From contig OZ244720.1 in NCBI GenBank assembly GCA_965219085.1, positions 1,152,001 to 1,216,000 of the forward strand: 64,000 bases of DNA, given 5' to 3'. Below are positions 17,526-28,078 of the stretch, in pieces. Numbering within the stretch: position 1 is the stretch's first letter; every line of letters begins with the position of its first letter. This DNA is from Dehalococcoidia bacterium. GTDB lineage: Bacteria > Chloroflexota > Dehalococcoidia > UBA2979. A program made the position numbers and the translations under genes. The notes under the pieces were generated by a model. The model had not been told where the DNA came from and ran no database searches. It was given only the letters and a program-made list of their open reading frames with translations.

Positions 17526-20500
17526 ATGCTGAAGCACGTCCTCGCAGGCGCGTTGCTGCTGATGGCCGCCGTCATGGCGGCCGGCGGCGGCGAGTTCGCG
17601 CGCGGGCCACTGGCCGCCGGGGACGCCGAGGGCAACGTCGCGCTCGCCCAGGGCGGCGCAGGCGCGGACGGCGACGCGGTCACCGTCGAGCTCCGCGTCT
17701 GGCAGCTCGTGACCAACGCCGACGTGCTCTACGTCAGCGCCCGCCCCCAGGGCGGCAGCTGGCGCACGCTCGGCACGATCGAGTTCCCGCTCGACGATGG
17801 CCACAGCGCCGACGGCAGCCGCCGCTACGGCCAGCTCACCGTCGGCGACATCGAGCTCCGCGTCTGGCAGGGCGTTGGCGACCCGCTGTCGATCTCGATC
17901 ACGGCGCGCCACGTGGACGGCGAGTGGTTCTCGCTCGGCGCGCTGGCGCTCGACGACGGCGTGAGCAGCGGCGGGCACTATCGCTACGGCGACCTCACGA
18001 TCGTGTCGTCCGCGGATCCGGGCGTCGCGTTCACGCCCAGCGGCGCGGACATCCCGCGCCTCGCGACCGCGACGATCACGTTCCTCAACCCGCCCCTGGT
18101 CACCGACGCGGCGCGCCTCGTCGCCATCGACCCGCCGATCGAGGGCTCCTTCGCCTGGGACGGCGACCGCACGCTGCTGTTCCAGCCGGCGTTCCCCGGC
18201 TGGCAGCGCGGCCAGCGGTACCTCGTGCGGGTCGACGGGCCGGCCGCCGGCCTCGCGCGCGACTACACGCACGCCTTCACCGTCGAGGGCGGACTCGAGG
18301 TGGCCTACGTCATCCCCGGTGACGGGGACGTCGAGGTGCCCGTCGAGGCGCAGATCCTCGTGCAGTTCAACCGCTCCGTCGCGGCGCTGACCGTGCTGCA
18401 GGAGGGCGCGGCGCCGCCCGTGCTCGAGTTCGACCCGCCGCTCGCCGGGAAGGGCGAGTGGCTCAACACCTCGCTCTACCGTTTCATCCCAAGCGACCTA
18501 CAGCCCGCCACCGCGTACCGCGTGCGTATCCCGGCCGGGCTGACCTCGGCCGCCGACGGCGTGCTCGAGTCCGACATCACGTGGAGCTTCGAGACGATCC
18601 AGCCGGTGGTCGCGAGCTTCGAGCCGGCCAACGACACGAAGTGGGTAGAGCCTGACGCGCCAGTGGTGGTCACGTTCAACCAGCCGATGGACCGCGCCTC
18701 GGCGGAGGCGCGGGTGGCGCTGCGCGCCGCGGACGGCACGCCCGTCGCGGCGACGTTCGAGTGGAGCGAGGGCGACACGGTCGCGACGCTCGCGCCGGAA
18801 GCACTGCTGACGCTCGGCGGGTTGTACGAGCTCGTCGTGCCGGCCGGCGTGGAGGGCGCCGCCGGCGGCGCGACCAGAACCGTGCGGCTCACGCGCTTCA
18901 CAGTCGCTGAGACGCCGGGACTGGTGTCGTGGTCGAGATCATTCAGCGCGCGTCACATGTGGATGAGCCTCACCTACAACAACCCGATGGATCCCGATTC
19001 GTTCGAGGGTCGCGTCACCGTCAGTGGTGTCGACCCGGACGACATCAGGATCGACTGGAGCGACCGGCGACCAGAGCGCGTCCGCCTGGACTTCCCGGCG
19101 GAACACGAGACGACGTACACGGTGCGTATCGCGCCAGGCGTGCAGGACCGCGGGGGGCGAGCGACAACCGCGGTACAGACATCGACCTTCACCACTGAGA
19201 AGGAGTGGCTCTTCCCGGAGCTGACCCTCGCCGCTCCCGCGAGCTTCGTGACCTACGCGGCAAACAACGAACAGGTCCTCTACTTCGATGCCCAGAAGAT
19301 CGAGGAGGCACAGTTCTCGCTCCACCGCCTCTCCGACGCGGAAGCTGAGTTGCTCCTGCGCCGGGGCGCCATCGATAGAGGGACGGGTTTCTGGCCGGAT
19401 AGCGATCCGATACGCACTTGGACCGAGCCGATCGCGGAGGAGCTGCGCGACACGTCCAGGGTCTACTCGACGACGCTGGGTGACGGCGAGCCGCTGGCGA
19501 AGGGCCACTACTTCCTCTTCGCGACGTTCGACGAGGCATCGGAGTGGAAGCAGACCAAGCTGGTGGTAAGCGTCGTCGACACGGCGATCGTCACCAAGCT
19601 GGCCTCCGACGAGCTCGTGGTGTGGGCGCTCGACTACGAGTCGGGAACCCCGCTCGTTGAGGCTCCGGTCACCACGGCTCCTCTGGAGTCGCCACCCACA
19701 ACCCCCTACCAGGCCGGGAACACGGACGCGCAGGGCGTTGCCCGGTTCGCGGTCACCCCGCCGGAGACCGTCTCCTACTGGACCCGCTACGGGGACCATG
19801 TGGTGCGGATGGAGGAGGGTGGACGCTTCGGTGTCGCATCTACGTGGTGGGACATGGGCGCTGACCCGTGGGACCTCGGCGCGTCCTCGTACATCCCGGA
19901 GCCAGTCGGCCACCTGTACACCGACCGCCCGATCTATCGCCCCGGTGAGACCGTCTCCTTCAAGGGGGTGCTCCGCGACGAGGACGACGCGTCCTACTCC
20001 GTACCCGGGCCCGGCACAGAGGTCACGATCTCGATCCGGGACTCTCGTTACAACTGGATCCACGAGACCACGACCGAGCTGGACGAGCTGGGCACGGTTT
20101 CCGGTGAGGTGGCGCTGGCCGCCAACGCGCCGACAGGCCGGTACCGGGTGTGGCTCGTCGGGTCTGCGGGCGGCCGCGTGACCACGTCCTTCACCGTCGC
20201 GGAGTTCCGCGTGCCGGAGTTCCTGGTGGAAGTCGAGGCGGGCGCTGCGGAGTACGTGTCCAGAGACAACATCGACACGGAGGCGCGCGCCGACTTCTAC
20301 TTCGGTGGAGCCGTCAGGGATGCCGCCGTCACCTGGGCGGCGCGCTCCTCGCCGACGACGATTCGCGTCGAAGGCTACGAGGACTACTCGTTCTCCGAGT
20401 ACGACTACTACGCCCGCACTCGCACCTCCGGCGATCCGATACGCTCCGAGGGCGAGGCGCGCACGGACGACTCAGGCATCGCGCGCTTCGAAGTGCCGGC

Positions 20501-23500
20501 CACGCTCGAGGAAGGCGCCGGCACGCGCGAGGTCACGATCAGCGCCACCGTGACCGACACGAGCGGTCGAGCCGTCGCCGGCAGCACCGAGGCCGTCGTG
20601 CACCCCGCGACCTGGTACGCCGGCATCAAGCCCGAGTCCTACCTCGGCAAGGCCGAGGAGCCGCTCACGATCCACCTCGTGACCGTCGACTACGAGGGCG
20701 CCATCGCCCCGGGCCGCCCGGTCACCGTGCGCGTGTACGAGCGGGAATGGGTGCGGACGAAGGAGCGGACGAGCTCCGGCTGGTACTACTACCGCAGCGA
20801 GCCGGTCGACACCGAGATCCAGGTACGCAGCGCCACAACGGATGGCAAGGGTGAGGGCTCGTTCGCGTTCGCGCCGCCGAAGTCGGGTGGGTACCGGCTC
20901 GTCGCCGAATCGACGGACGACGAGGGCCGCATCGCGCGCTCGTCGCGCTTCGTGTGGGCGACCGGCAGGGACTACGTGCCGTGGCCGGTGCGCTTCGACG
21001 ACATCATCGAACTTATCGCCGACCGCGAGGAGTACGAGGTCGGCGACGTGGCCGAGGTCCTCGTCCCGGCCCCGTTCGCGGGCTCCACCGCGCTCGTGAC
21101 CATCGAGCGCGGGCGCGTGCTCAGCACCGAGGTGCGCAAGCTGGAGACCAACAGCGAGGTGCTGCGCATCCCGATCGAGGACGCGCACATCCCCAACATC
21201 TTCGTAGGCGTCGTGCTCTACCGCCCGCCCACCGAGGACGACCCCTACCCGCGCTACAGCCTCGGCAACGTCGAACTCCCCGTCTCGACGGCGCCGCGTC
21301 GCCTGGACGTGCGCGTCGAGCCGGACCGTGACGAAGCCGTGCCCGGTGACATCGTGCCGTACGAGGTCACCGTGACCGACGCCGAGGGGCGAGGCGTCGC
21401 AGCCGACGTCTCCGTTGCCGTTGTCGACCAGGCCGTGCTCGCGCTCGCGGCCGACCAGAGCCCGGACGGGATCGAGGCGTTCTGGTACCCCCGCCGGCTG
21501 GGCGTGCACACCACCTCGTCCCTCGCCGTGCTCGTCAATCGTTGGAACGAGACGTATCGCGAGACCGAACCAGCCGAGGAGGGCGGGGTGCGCGGCGGAG
21601 CGTGGAACGAGGCGTCGAGAGGAGGTGGAACCGTCAACGCGATGGCGGCGCCGGCGTCGGCGCGCGAGGCCGGGTTCGCCACATTCACATCCGCGCCTGC
21701 GGATTCCGGCACGCGCGTGCGCTCGGACTTCCGGCACACCGCGCTCTGGGTCGGGCAGCTCACGACCGGAGCTGACGGCACGGCGACCTTCGATTTGCCC
21801 CTCCCGGACAACACGACCACCTGGCGCGCGTTCGCGCGTGCCAGGACTACGGCCACGCAGGTCGGCGAGGGCGAGAGCGAGCTCCGTGCCACGCAGCCGC
21901 TCCTCGTGCGCCCGTCGCTGCCGCGCTTCCTGCGGGTCGGCGACGACGTCAGGCTCCGCACGCTCGTGACGAATCGCACCGCGCAGGCGCTCGCCCTGAC
22001 CGTGACCATCGAGGCCACAGGTGTCACCCTCGACGACAACCGCGCGCGCTCCCTCACGGTCGAGCCGGGCGAGACGGGGATCTTCGAATGGCCCGCGCGC
22101 GCACTCGAGGAAGGCACGGCAGTCGTGCGCTTCGACGCGGTCAGCACAGCCGGCTACGCCGACGCCGTGGAGATCGGCCTGCCGGTGCACCTGGACGTGA
22201 CGCCGGAGGCGACTGCGACGGGCGGCATCGTCGAAGACAGCCCAGCCGTTGAAGCGGTGTACCTGCCCGAGTACCTCATTGCGGGCCAGGGCTCGCTTGA
22301 GCTTTCGCTACAGGGCTCGCTCGTCGGCGCGCTCGACGAGGAGCTCGAGCACTTCAAGCCGTACAAGTACGAGTCGACCATCCGCATCGCGAGCCGCGTC
22401 GTGGCGATCGTCGCCGCGCAGCGCGCGACCGCGGGCGGCCTGGACGCGGCGTGGGAGCACCAGCTCCGCGACGACGTGCAGCAACTCATCAACCGTCGGA
22501 CCTACGTCTACGACTGGGGATACGGTCAGGCCTGGGGCTGGTGCTTGCGGTGCAGCCCGGATCCGCTCGTCACCGGCTGGGTGCTCCTCGCGCTCGGCGA
22601 GGCGCGCGACGCCGGCCACAACGTCCCCGACGACGTGCTCGATGGAGCCGCGAGCGCGATCTCCAGCTACCTCGAGCGCCAGACCGACGTGGAACGGCCC
22701 GCTGATCCGAACCAGCACGCCTTCCTGCTTTACGCCCTCACCGACGCCTCGAACCCCGGGCGAGAAGTGAGCGAGACCGCCCGCGAGCAGGCGCCGAGGA
22801 TGCTCGCCCTCGTCGAGGAGCACCGCGCCAACCTCACGAACTGGGGGCGGGCCTACGTGGTGCTCGGCCTGCTCGCCACCGGTCACGACGCCGACCACGG
22901 CGCCGTACGCGCCATGCTCAACGACCTCACCGCCGACACCATCGCCAGCGCCAACGGCAACCACTGGGAGGAAGACCGCATCCCAGGCTCGATGCACAAC
23001 GGCAGCGTGCGCATCACGGCGATCGTGCTGCGCGCCCTCACCGAGGTCGATCCCCGGCACCCGCTCATCGAGGAGACCGCGCGCTGGCTCGCCCTCGCAC
23101 GCTCCGCCGACCGCTGGAAGACGACCGTCGAGCGCGCGCAGGGCATGGCGTCGCTCGGCGCCTACGCGGAGCTCACCGGCGAGACGCGCGGCGTCTACGA
23201 CTACTCGGTGCGCGTGAACACCACCGAGGTGCTCGACGGCCACTTCGACGTGCCCGCCGGGGACTACCTCGACTCGACATCGGTCGCCCTCGCCGACCTG
23301 CCGCTCGGCGAGGTCAGCCGCGTGCAGTTCGAGCGCGAGGCTGGCGAGCCGGGCCGTCTCTACTACGGCCTCAACCTCCGCTACGTGACCCCGGCAGCCG
23401 GCATCGAGGCGCTGAACCGCGGCTTCGCCGTCTCGCACCGCTACTCGCTGCTCGACGACCCCGAGACGCCCATCACCAGCGCCGCCCCCGGCGACGTGGT

Positions 23501-23912
23501 GCGCGTGACCGTGACGGTCATCGCGCCCGCCGACCGGCTGTTCGTGCAGGTGCAGGACTTCCTGCCGGCGGGCCTCGAACCGATCGACCCGCAGCTACGG
23601 ATCGTCTCGCCGCGGCTGCGCGAGCAGCTCCGGGAGGATCGCGTGGAGGCGCTGCAGGCGAGCACGCCCGCGTACTACGCGCCCTGGTACCGCTGGTACT
23701 ACAGCCCGTGGGACCAGGTCGACCTGCGCGATGACCGCGTGGTGCTGCAGGCCAGCCGCCTGCCACAGGGGGTGCACGAGTACGTCTACTACGCCCGCGC
23801 CACCACCCCCGGTGACTTCTTCGTCGCGCCCGTGCACGCCGAGGAGACCTACTTGCCGGAGGTCTTCGGCCGCAGCGACAGCAGCCGCTTCACGGTCACC
23901 AGCGGCGAGTAG
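17526..23912 (+). CDS. Bacterial alpha-2-macroglobulin-like protein with Big_5-type Ig domains
   Basis: YTDRPIYRPGETV (MG2), VRSDFRHTALW, LPDNTTTW, RPSLPRFLRVGD, DFLPAGLEP, YLPEVFGRS; 2128 aa with signal peptide. Confidence 0.92.
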   Translation: MLKHVLAGALLLMAAVMAAGGGEFARGPLAAGDAEGNVALAQGGAGADGDAVTVELRVWQLVTNADVLYVSARPQGGSWRTLGTIEFPLDDGHSADGSRRYGQLTVGDIELRVWQGVGDPLSISITARHVDGEWFSLGALALDDGVSSGGHYRYGDLTIVSSADPGVAFTPSGADIPRLATATITFLNPPLVTDAARLVAIDPPIEGSFAWDGDRTLLFQPAFPGWQRGQRYLVRVDGPAAGLARDYTHAFTVEGGLEVAYVIPGDGDVEVPVEAQILVQFNRSVAALTVLQEGAAPPVLEFDPPLAGKGEWLNTSLYRFIPSDLQPATAYRVRIPAGLTSAADGVLESDITWSFETIQPVVASFEPANDTKWVEPDAPVVVTFNQPMDRASAEARVALRAADGTPVAATFEWSEGDTVATLAPEALLTLGGLYELVVPAGVEGAAGGATRTVRLTRFTVAETPGLVSWSRSFSARHMWMSLTYNNPMDPDSFEGRVTVSGVDPDDIRIDWSDRRPERVRLDFPAEHETTYTVRIAPGVQDRGGRATTAVQTSTFTTEKEWLFPELTLAAPASFVTYAANNEQVLYFDAQKIEEAQFSLHRLSDAEAELLLRRGAIDRGTGFWPDSDPIRTWTEPIAEELRDTSRVYSTTLGDGEPLAKGHYFLFATFDEASEWKQTKLVVSVVDTAIVTKLASDELVVWALDYESGTPLVEAPVTTAPLESPPTTPYQAGNTDAQGVARFAVTPPETVSYWTRYGDHVVRMEEGGRFGVASTWWDMGADPWDLGASSYIPEPVGHLYTDRPIYRPGETVSFKGVLRDEDDASYSVPGPGTEVTISIRDSRYNWIHETTTELDELGTVSGEVALAANAPTGRYRVWLVGSAGGRVTTSFTVAEFRVPEFLVEVEAGAAEYVSRDNIDTEARADFYFGGAVRDAAVTWAARSSPTTIRVEGYEDYSFSEYDYYARTRTSGDPIRSEGEARTDDSGIARFEVPATLEEGAGTREVTISATVTDTSGRAVAGSTEAVVHPATWYAGIKPESYLGKAEEPLTIHLVTVDYEGAIAPGRPVTVRVYEREWVRTKERTSSGWYYYRSEPVDTEIQVRSATTDGKGEGSFAFAPPKSGGYRLVAESTDDEGRIARSSRFVWATGRDYVPWPVRFDDIIELIADREEYEVGDVAEVLVPAPFAGSTALVTIERGRVLSTEVRKLETNSEVLRIPIEDAHIPNIFVGVVLYRPPTEDDPYPRYSLGNVELPVSTAPRRLDVRVEPDRDEAVPGDIVPYEVTVTDAEGRGVAADVSVAVVDQAVLALAADQSPDGIEAFWYPRRLGVHTTSSLAVLVNRWNETYRETEPAEEGGVRGGAWNEASRGGGTVNAMAAPASAREAGFATFTSAPADSGTRVRSDFRHTALWVGQLTTGADGTATFDLPLPDNTTTWRAFARARTTATQVGEGESELRATQPLLVRPSLPRFLRVGDDVRLRTLVTNRTAQALALTVTIEATGVTLDDNRARSLTVEPGETGIFEWPARALEEGTAVVRFDAVSTAGYADAVEIGLPVHLDVTPEATATGGIVEDSPAVEAVYLPEYLIAGQGSLELSLQGSLVGALDEELEHFKPYKYESTIRIASRVVAIVAAQRATAGGLDAAWEHQLRDDVQQLINRRTYVYDWGYGQAWGWCLRCSPDPLVTGWVLLALGEARDAGHNVPDDVLDGAASAISSYLERQTDVERPADPNQHAFLLYALTDASNPGREVSETAREQAPRMLALVEEHRANLTNWGRAYVVLGLLATGHDADHGAVRAMLNDLTADTIASANGNHWEEDRIPGSMHNGSVRITAIVLRALTEVDPRHPLIEETARWLALARSADRWKTTVERAQGMASLGAYAELTGETRGVYDYSVRVNTTEVLDGHFDVPAGDYLDSTSVALADLPLGEVSRVQFEREAGEPGRLYYGLNLRYVTPAAGIEALNRGFAVSHRYSLLDDPETPITSAAPGDVVRVTVTVIAPADRLFVQVQDFLPAGLEPIDPQLRIVSPRLREQLREDRVEALQASTPAYYAPWYRWYYSPWDQVDLRDDRVVLQASRLPQGVHEYVYYARATTPGDFFVAPVHAEETYLPEVFGRSDSSRFTVTSGE

Positions 23913-24133
23913 CACCGAACGACGCTTGGACCCACTCGTGGAGGCGCCCTCGCACAGACCGTCGACCGGGCGCCGGTGGCGGTCTGCCTCCTCGTCGCGT
24001 GGACGCCGCAACGAAATCGGGCGCGATCGGGAACGATCCGGGGCGCCGGTGCGTATCCATTACCAGGATGGAAGTCGTAACCGTGCGGCCAACGGGAGCA
24101 GCGTCCCGGCGACCCGCTCCAGGCGAGGTGCCC

Positions 24134-24682
24134 ATGACCGATGACGAGGCCATCCGCCGCTGCCAGGAGGGCGACCGCGAGGCGTTCCGCCACCTGGTGG
24201 AGACCTACAAGAACTCGATGTACGGCACCGCCCTCCTGATGACCGGCAACCCCGCGCTCGCCGAGGAGCACGTCCAGGACGCACTGCTCAACGCCTGGCG
24301 CGGCATCCGCCGCTTCCAGCGCGGCCGGCCGGTGAAGCCGTGGCTGATGCGCATCCTCGTCAACGCGGTCGTCAGCCAGCAGCGCAGACGCTCGCTCAGC
24401 ACCGTCTCCCTCGACGAGTCGCTCCCGATCGGGGCGCCGGGAGACGAGGCCGAGGCGGTCGAGAACCGCGAGCTGCTGCGCCAGGCCCTCGACCAACTCA
24501 CGCCGGAGCACCGCCAGGTGGTGGTGCTGCGCTACTTCGCCGACCTGACGGTCGCGGAGGTCGCGCGCTCGGCGGGCATCCGCGAAGGCACGGCGAAGTC
24601 ACGACTCCATCGCGCACTCCGCCAGATGCGCGAGCTGCTGGACCAGTCCGGCGTCATGGAGGTTGCCGGCAATGATGCGTAA
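24134..24682 (+). CDS. ECF RNA polymerase sigma factor
   Basis: GDREAFRHLV...AEEHVQDALLNAW...WLMRILVN...EVARSAGIREGTAKSRLHRA; GAGGTG RBS. Confidence 0.93.
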   Translation: MTDDEAIRRCQEGDREAFRHLVETYKNSMYGTALLMTGNPALAEEHVQDALLNAWRGIRRFQRGRPVKPWLMRILVNAVVSQQRRRSLSTVSLDESLPIGAPGDEAEAVENRELLRQALDQLTPEHRQVVVLRYFADLTVAEVARSAGIREGTAKSRLHRALRQMRELLDQSGVMEVAGNDA

Positions 24683-27140
24683 CAACTCACCAGACCCTGA
24701 GATGGAGCGTCGCCTCCGCGATCACTTCGCCGCCGAGGAACCAGACCTGCGCGCCCCGGACGACCTGTGGGACCGCCTCGAAAGCCAACTGGGGGAACAA
24801 CAACCGCCGCGCCTCAGCCTGCTGCGCGGCGGATTGAACTGGACGGCGGAACGGCCGTGGCTGGCGACGGCTGCGGCGGCGGTGCTGGTCCTTGCGATCG
24901 GTGTGACGACGTGGAGCCTTATTGGTGGTGGTGATGGCGTCGACGGCGATGACGCCGAGATGGCAGCGAGCGTCGCGACCACAGGCGAGACGTCATCGAC
25001 CGCGGCCACAACCTCCTCGAGCTCCGCAACCACGACCACCGCCGGTTCGACCGGCACGACGACCTCGTCGGTAACGACCCCGGACAGCGCGTCCGACGAG
25101 GCGAGCGACGGTGACGCGGGGGAGACCTCGACGTTGTCGGACTCGGCGAGCTCCGATCGCGCGGAGTCCGCGGCCACCGCGGAGCCCGAGCCGACGCAGA
25201 CTGCCGCGCGCGTGCTACAGACGCCTCCACCTGCCACGAGCACACCGCCAGCCGCGACCGTGACACAGCCGCCCGCCACCGCGACGCCACCTCCCGCCAG
25301 CGCCTCGCCCGTCGCCACCGCGGAGCCGACTCCCGCTCCCGCGGTCGTCGTGGCTCCGAGCCCGACCCCGGCCCCTGTGGTCGCCGTGCCGCCACGCCCG
25401 ACGCCACCATCGGACGGGGCCGACGAGGGTGACGCCATTACTCCTACTCCTCCGGCCGACGGTACGCCCGCCGAGGCGGATGACGCCGCGCCAACTGAGC
25501 CCCAGGCGGAGGCCGACGGCACGGCCGATGACGGCTATGGCGGCATGGACGACGCCGACGCCATGGGCGAAGGCGACATGGACGACTCCGGCGGCGTCGG
25601 CGACGACGCGATAGATGCGCAGGCCGAGCCACAGGCCGAGCCACAGGCCGAGCCGCAGCCCGCACCCACCCCCGAACCCAGCCCGCCCGTCCCGCAGCGG
25701 CAGCAGCCCACGGACACCACGTTCGAGGACTACGAGCGCATGTCCTTCGTCGACACGTCCGTCGACGCCGTCTCGACCTTCAGCCTCGACACGGACCGCA
25801 CCTCGTACTTCCTCGCGCTCAACTGGGCCCGCAACGGCTACACCGTCGAGCCCGACTCCGTGCGCGCCGAGGAGTGGATCAACGCCTTCAACTACGGCTA
25901 CAGCGAGCCTGGCGACGACCGCTCATTCGCCATCACCAGCGACGTGGTGGGGCACCCCCTCGACGCCGACCGGCACCTCGCGCGCGTCACCTTCCAGGCG
26001 CCGGAGTTTCGCGACGACACTCCGCTCAACGTGACCCTCGTGCTCGACGCGTCGGGCTCGATGTCGCGTGGCAACCGTGTCGCCATCGCGCGCGAGGCGG
26101 CGGAGACCATCCGCGAAAGCCTCGGCCCCGACGACCGCATCGCCGTGGTGCACTTCTCGACCCGTGTCCTGGACCAGTACACCGTCGAGCACAGCGCGCC
26201 CGACGACGCGGATGTCGTGCGGTCGATCACCCGGCTCGCCGCGCACGACACCACCAACGTGCAGGCCGGCCTCGACCTCGGCGTCGAGCTGGCCGACGCC
26301 GCCCGCCGCGAGCGGCCCGACGCCTTCAACTACATCATCCTGATGTCCGACGGCGTCGCGAACGTCGACGCCACCGACCCGTTCGCCATCCTCGAGTCGG
26401 CGAGCGACTCCGACAGCAGCAACCCGCTGCGGCTCATCACCGTCGGCGTCGGCATCGAGAACTACAACGACGTCCTGCTGGAGCAGCTCGCCCAGCACGG
26501 CAACGGCTGGTACCGCTACCTGGACGACACCACGCAGGCGCGCGAGACCTTCAGCCGCGAGCGCTGGCTCGCACTCTCCACGCCCTTCGCCGACCAGACG
26601 CGCGCCCAGGTGACGTGGGACCCAACGGTCGTGCGTAGCTGGCGCATCGTGGGCTACGAGAACCGCGTGACGCCGGACCACACGTTCGAGCAGAACCGCA
26701 AGGAGTTCGCCGAACTCCCCGCCGGCGCCGCCACCACCGTGTTCTACGAGCTCGAACTATGGAGCAACGCCGGTCTCCCGCAGGCTCTGGGCAGCGTCGA
26801 GGTGCGCTGGGTGGAGCCCGCCAGCGGCGAGTCGCGGTCACAGACCGCCGAGGTGTCCGACCGTACCGACGTGTCGTTCGGCAGTGGCGACCACCTGCTC
26901 CGCCTCGGCGCCATCGTCGGCCTCGCGGCCGACCGCTACAGCCGCCTCTCGACGCAAGTCGAGGGCCAGACCGTCGACGCGGCCGGCGTGCACGCCGACC
27001 TCGCGGCACTGCAGCGCGAGCTCGACGCCATCGCAAGCCGCCTCGGCTCGACCGAGGCGTACCGCGACTTCGACTTCCTCCTCGACGCGATCACGGACGC
27101 CGCCGAGGCGCTCGCGCCGTCCTCGGGGTACAGCCGATAG
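24672..27140 (+). CDS. Membrane-anchored anti-sigma-like protein with low-complexity linker and YfbK-type vWA domain
   Basis: Overlaps the sigma gene; short cytoplasmic N-terminus, one TM, S/T/P/D-rich linker; STFSLDTD..SY, VRAEEWINAF, MIDAS VLDASGSM, MSDG, IVGYENR. Confidence 0.85.
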   Translation: MMRNNSPDPEMERRLRDHFAAEEPDLRAPDDLWDRLESQLGEQQPPRLSLLRGGLNWTAERPWLATAAAAVLVLAIGVTTWSLIGGGDGVDGDDAEMAASVATTGETSSTAATTSSSSATTTTAGSTGTTTSSVTTPDSASDEASDGDAGETSTLSDSASSDRAESAATAEPEPTQTAARVLQTPPPATSTPPAATVTQPPATATPPPASASPVATAEPTPAPAVVVAPSPTPAPVVAVPPRPTPPSDGADEGDAITPTPPADGTPAEADDAAPTEPQAEADGTADDGYGGMDDADAMGEGDMDDSGGVGDDAIDAQAEPQAEPQAEPQPAPTPEPSPPVPQRQQPTDTTFEDYERMSFVDTSVDAVSTFSLDTDRTSYFLALNWARNGYTVEPDSVRAEEWINAFNYGYSEPGDDRSFAITSDVVGHPLDADRHLARVTFQAPEFRDDTPLNVTLVLDASGSMSRGNRVAIAREAAETIRESLGPDDRIAVVHFSTRVLDQYTVEHSAPDDADVVRSITRLAAHDTTNVQAGLDLGVELADAARRERPDAFNYIILMSDGVANVDATDPFAILESASDSDSSNPLRLITVGVGIENYNDVLLEQLAQHGNGWYRYLDDTTQARETFSRERWLALSTPFADQTRAQVTWDPTVVRSWRIVGYENRVTPDHTFEQNRKEFAELPAGAATTVFYELELWSNAGLPQALGSVEVRWVEPASGESRSQTAEVSDRTDVSFGSGDHLLRLGAIVGLAADRYSRLSTQVEGQTVDAAGVHADLAALQRELDAIASRLGSTEAYRDFDFLLDAITDAAEALAPSSGYSR

Positions 27141-27248
27141 CCCGCCCTCCCGGCGATCGGCCCGGCAGCCGCGTGGCGGCTCGCCGGGCCGGTAGCCGGG
27201 GCGAGGGCCCTCATCTTCGTCGCGGCCACCGACCGGTGTGACCTGTAT

Positions 27249-27275
27249 GGTAGAAGCGGTGAGTGTCGTTCTACC
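27249..27275 (+). promoter_or_regulatory. Inverted-repeat operator upstream of vapB (second copy 27579-27605)
   Basis: ggtagaa-N13-ttctacc is conserved in both duplicated units although the spacer differs. Confidence 0.6.
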
Positions 27276-27288
27276 TGAAGGAACCTCA

Positions 27289-27546
27289 GTGGCGCTGAAC
27301 ATCAAGAACGAAGAGACCTGCAAGCTCGCCCGCGAGTTGGCCGAGCTGACCGGCGAGACGATGACCGGCGCCATCACGGTCGCACTCCGCGAGCGACTCG
27401 AGCGCGAGCGGCGTGAGCGTAGCGTCGAGGCCCGCAAACAGGAGCTGCTGGCCATCGGCCGGCGGGCTGCGCGCCTGCTTGGGGATGGGCCGTCCGCAGT
27501 CGACCACGGAGACCTGCTATACGACGAGCACGGCCTCCCGAAGTGA
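27289..27546 (+). CDS. VapB-like antitoxin, copy 1
   Basis: LNIKNEETCKLARELAELTGETMTGAITVALRERL...LYDEHGLPK; followed by a vapC 5' stub only. Confidence 0.88.
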   Translation: MALNIKNEETCKLARELAELTGETMTGAITVALRERLERERRERSVEARKQELLAIGRRAARLLGDGPSAVDHGDLLYDEHGLPK

Positions 27547-27619
27547 TCGTAGACGCGCCGGCGGTGCGGGCGCTGTATGGTAGACACTGCGATCCCGATT
27601 CTACCTCGAAGGATGTCCG

Positions 27620-27877
27620 GTGAGCCTGAACATCAAGAACGAAGAGACCTGCAACCTCGCCCGCGAGTTGGCGGAGCTGACCGGCGAGACGATGACGGGC
27701 GCGATCACCATCGCACTCCGCGAGCGACTCGAGCGCGAGCAGCGTCAGCGTAGCGTCGAGGCCCGCAAACAGGAGCTGATGGCCATCGGCCGGCGGGTTG
27801 CGCGCAACCTGCGCCCGGGCCCGTCGGCCGTCGAGCACGGCGACTGGTTATACGATGAGCACGGGCTGCCGAAGTGA
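27620..27877 (+). CDS. VapB-like antitoxin, copy 2
   Basis: Near-identical paralog; GTGA overlap with vapC. Confidence 0.9.
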   Translation: MSLNIKNEETCNLARELAELTGETMTGAITIALRERLEREQRQRSVEARKQELMAIGRRVARNLRPGPSAVEHGDWLYDEHGLPK

Positions 27878-28078
27878 TCGTCGACACATCGGCGCTCGTC
27901 GCTGTGCTGTTCGCCGAGCCTGATGCCGAGCGCTATGCGCAGGCGATAAGCGATGCCGAGCACTGCCGGATGTCCGCCGCGAACTTTCTAGAGGCCGCGA
28001 TGGTCGTCGAAGGGCGAGGTGACTCCGGCTCCGCTGACGATCTCGACCGCTTCGTGGAGAGGGCTCCCATCGAGTTAG

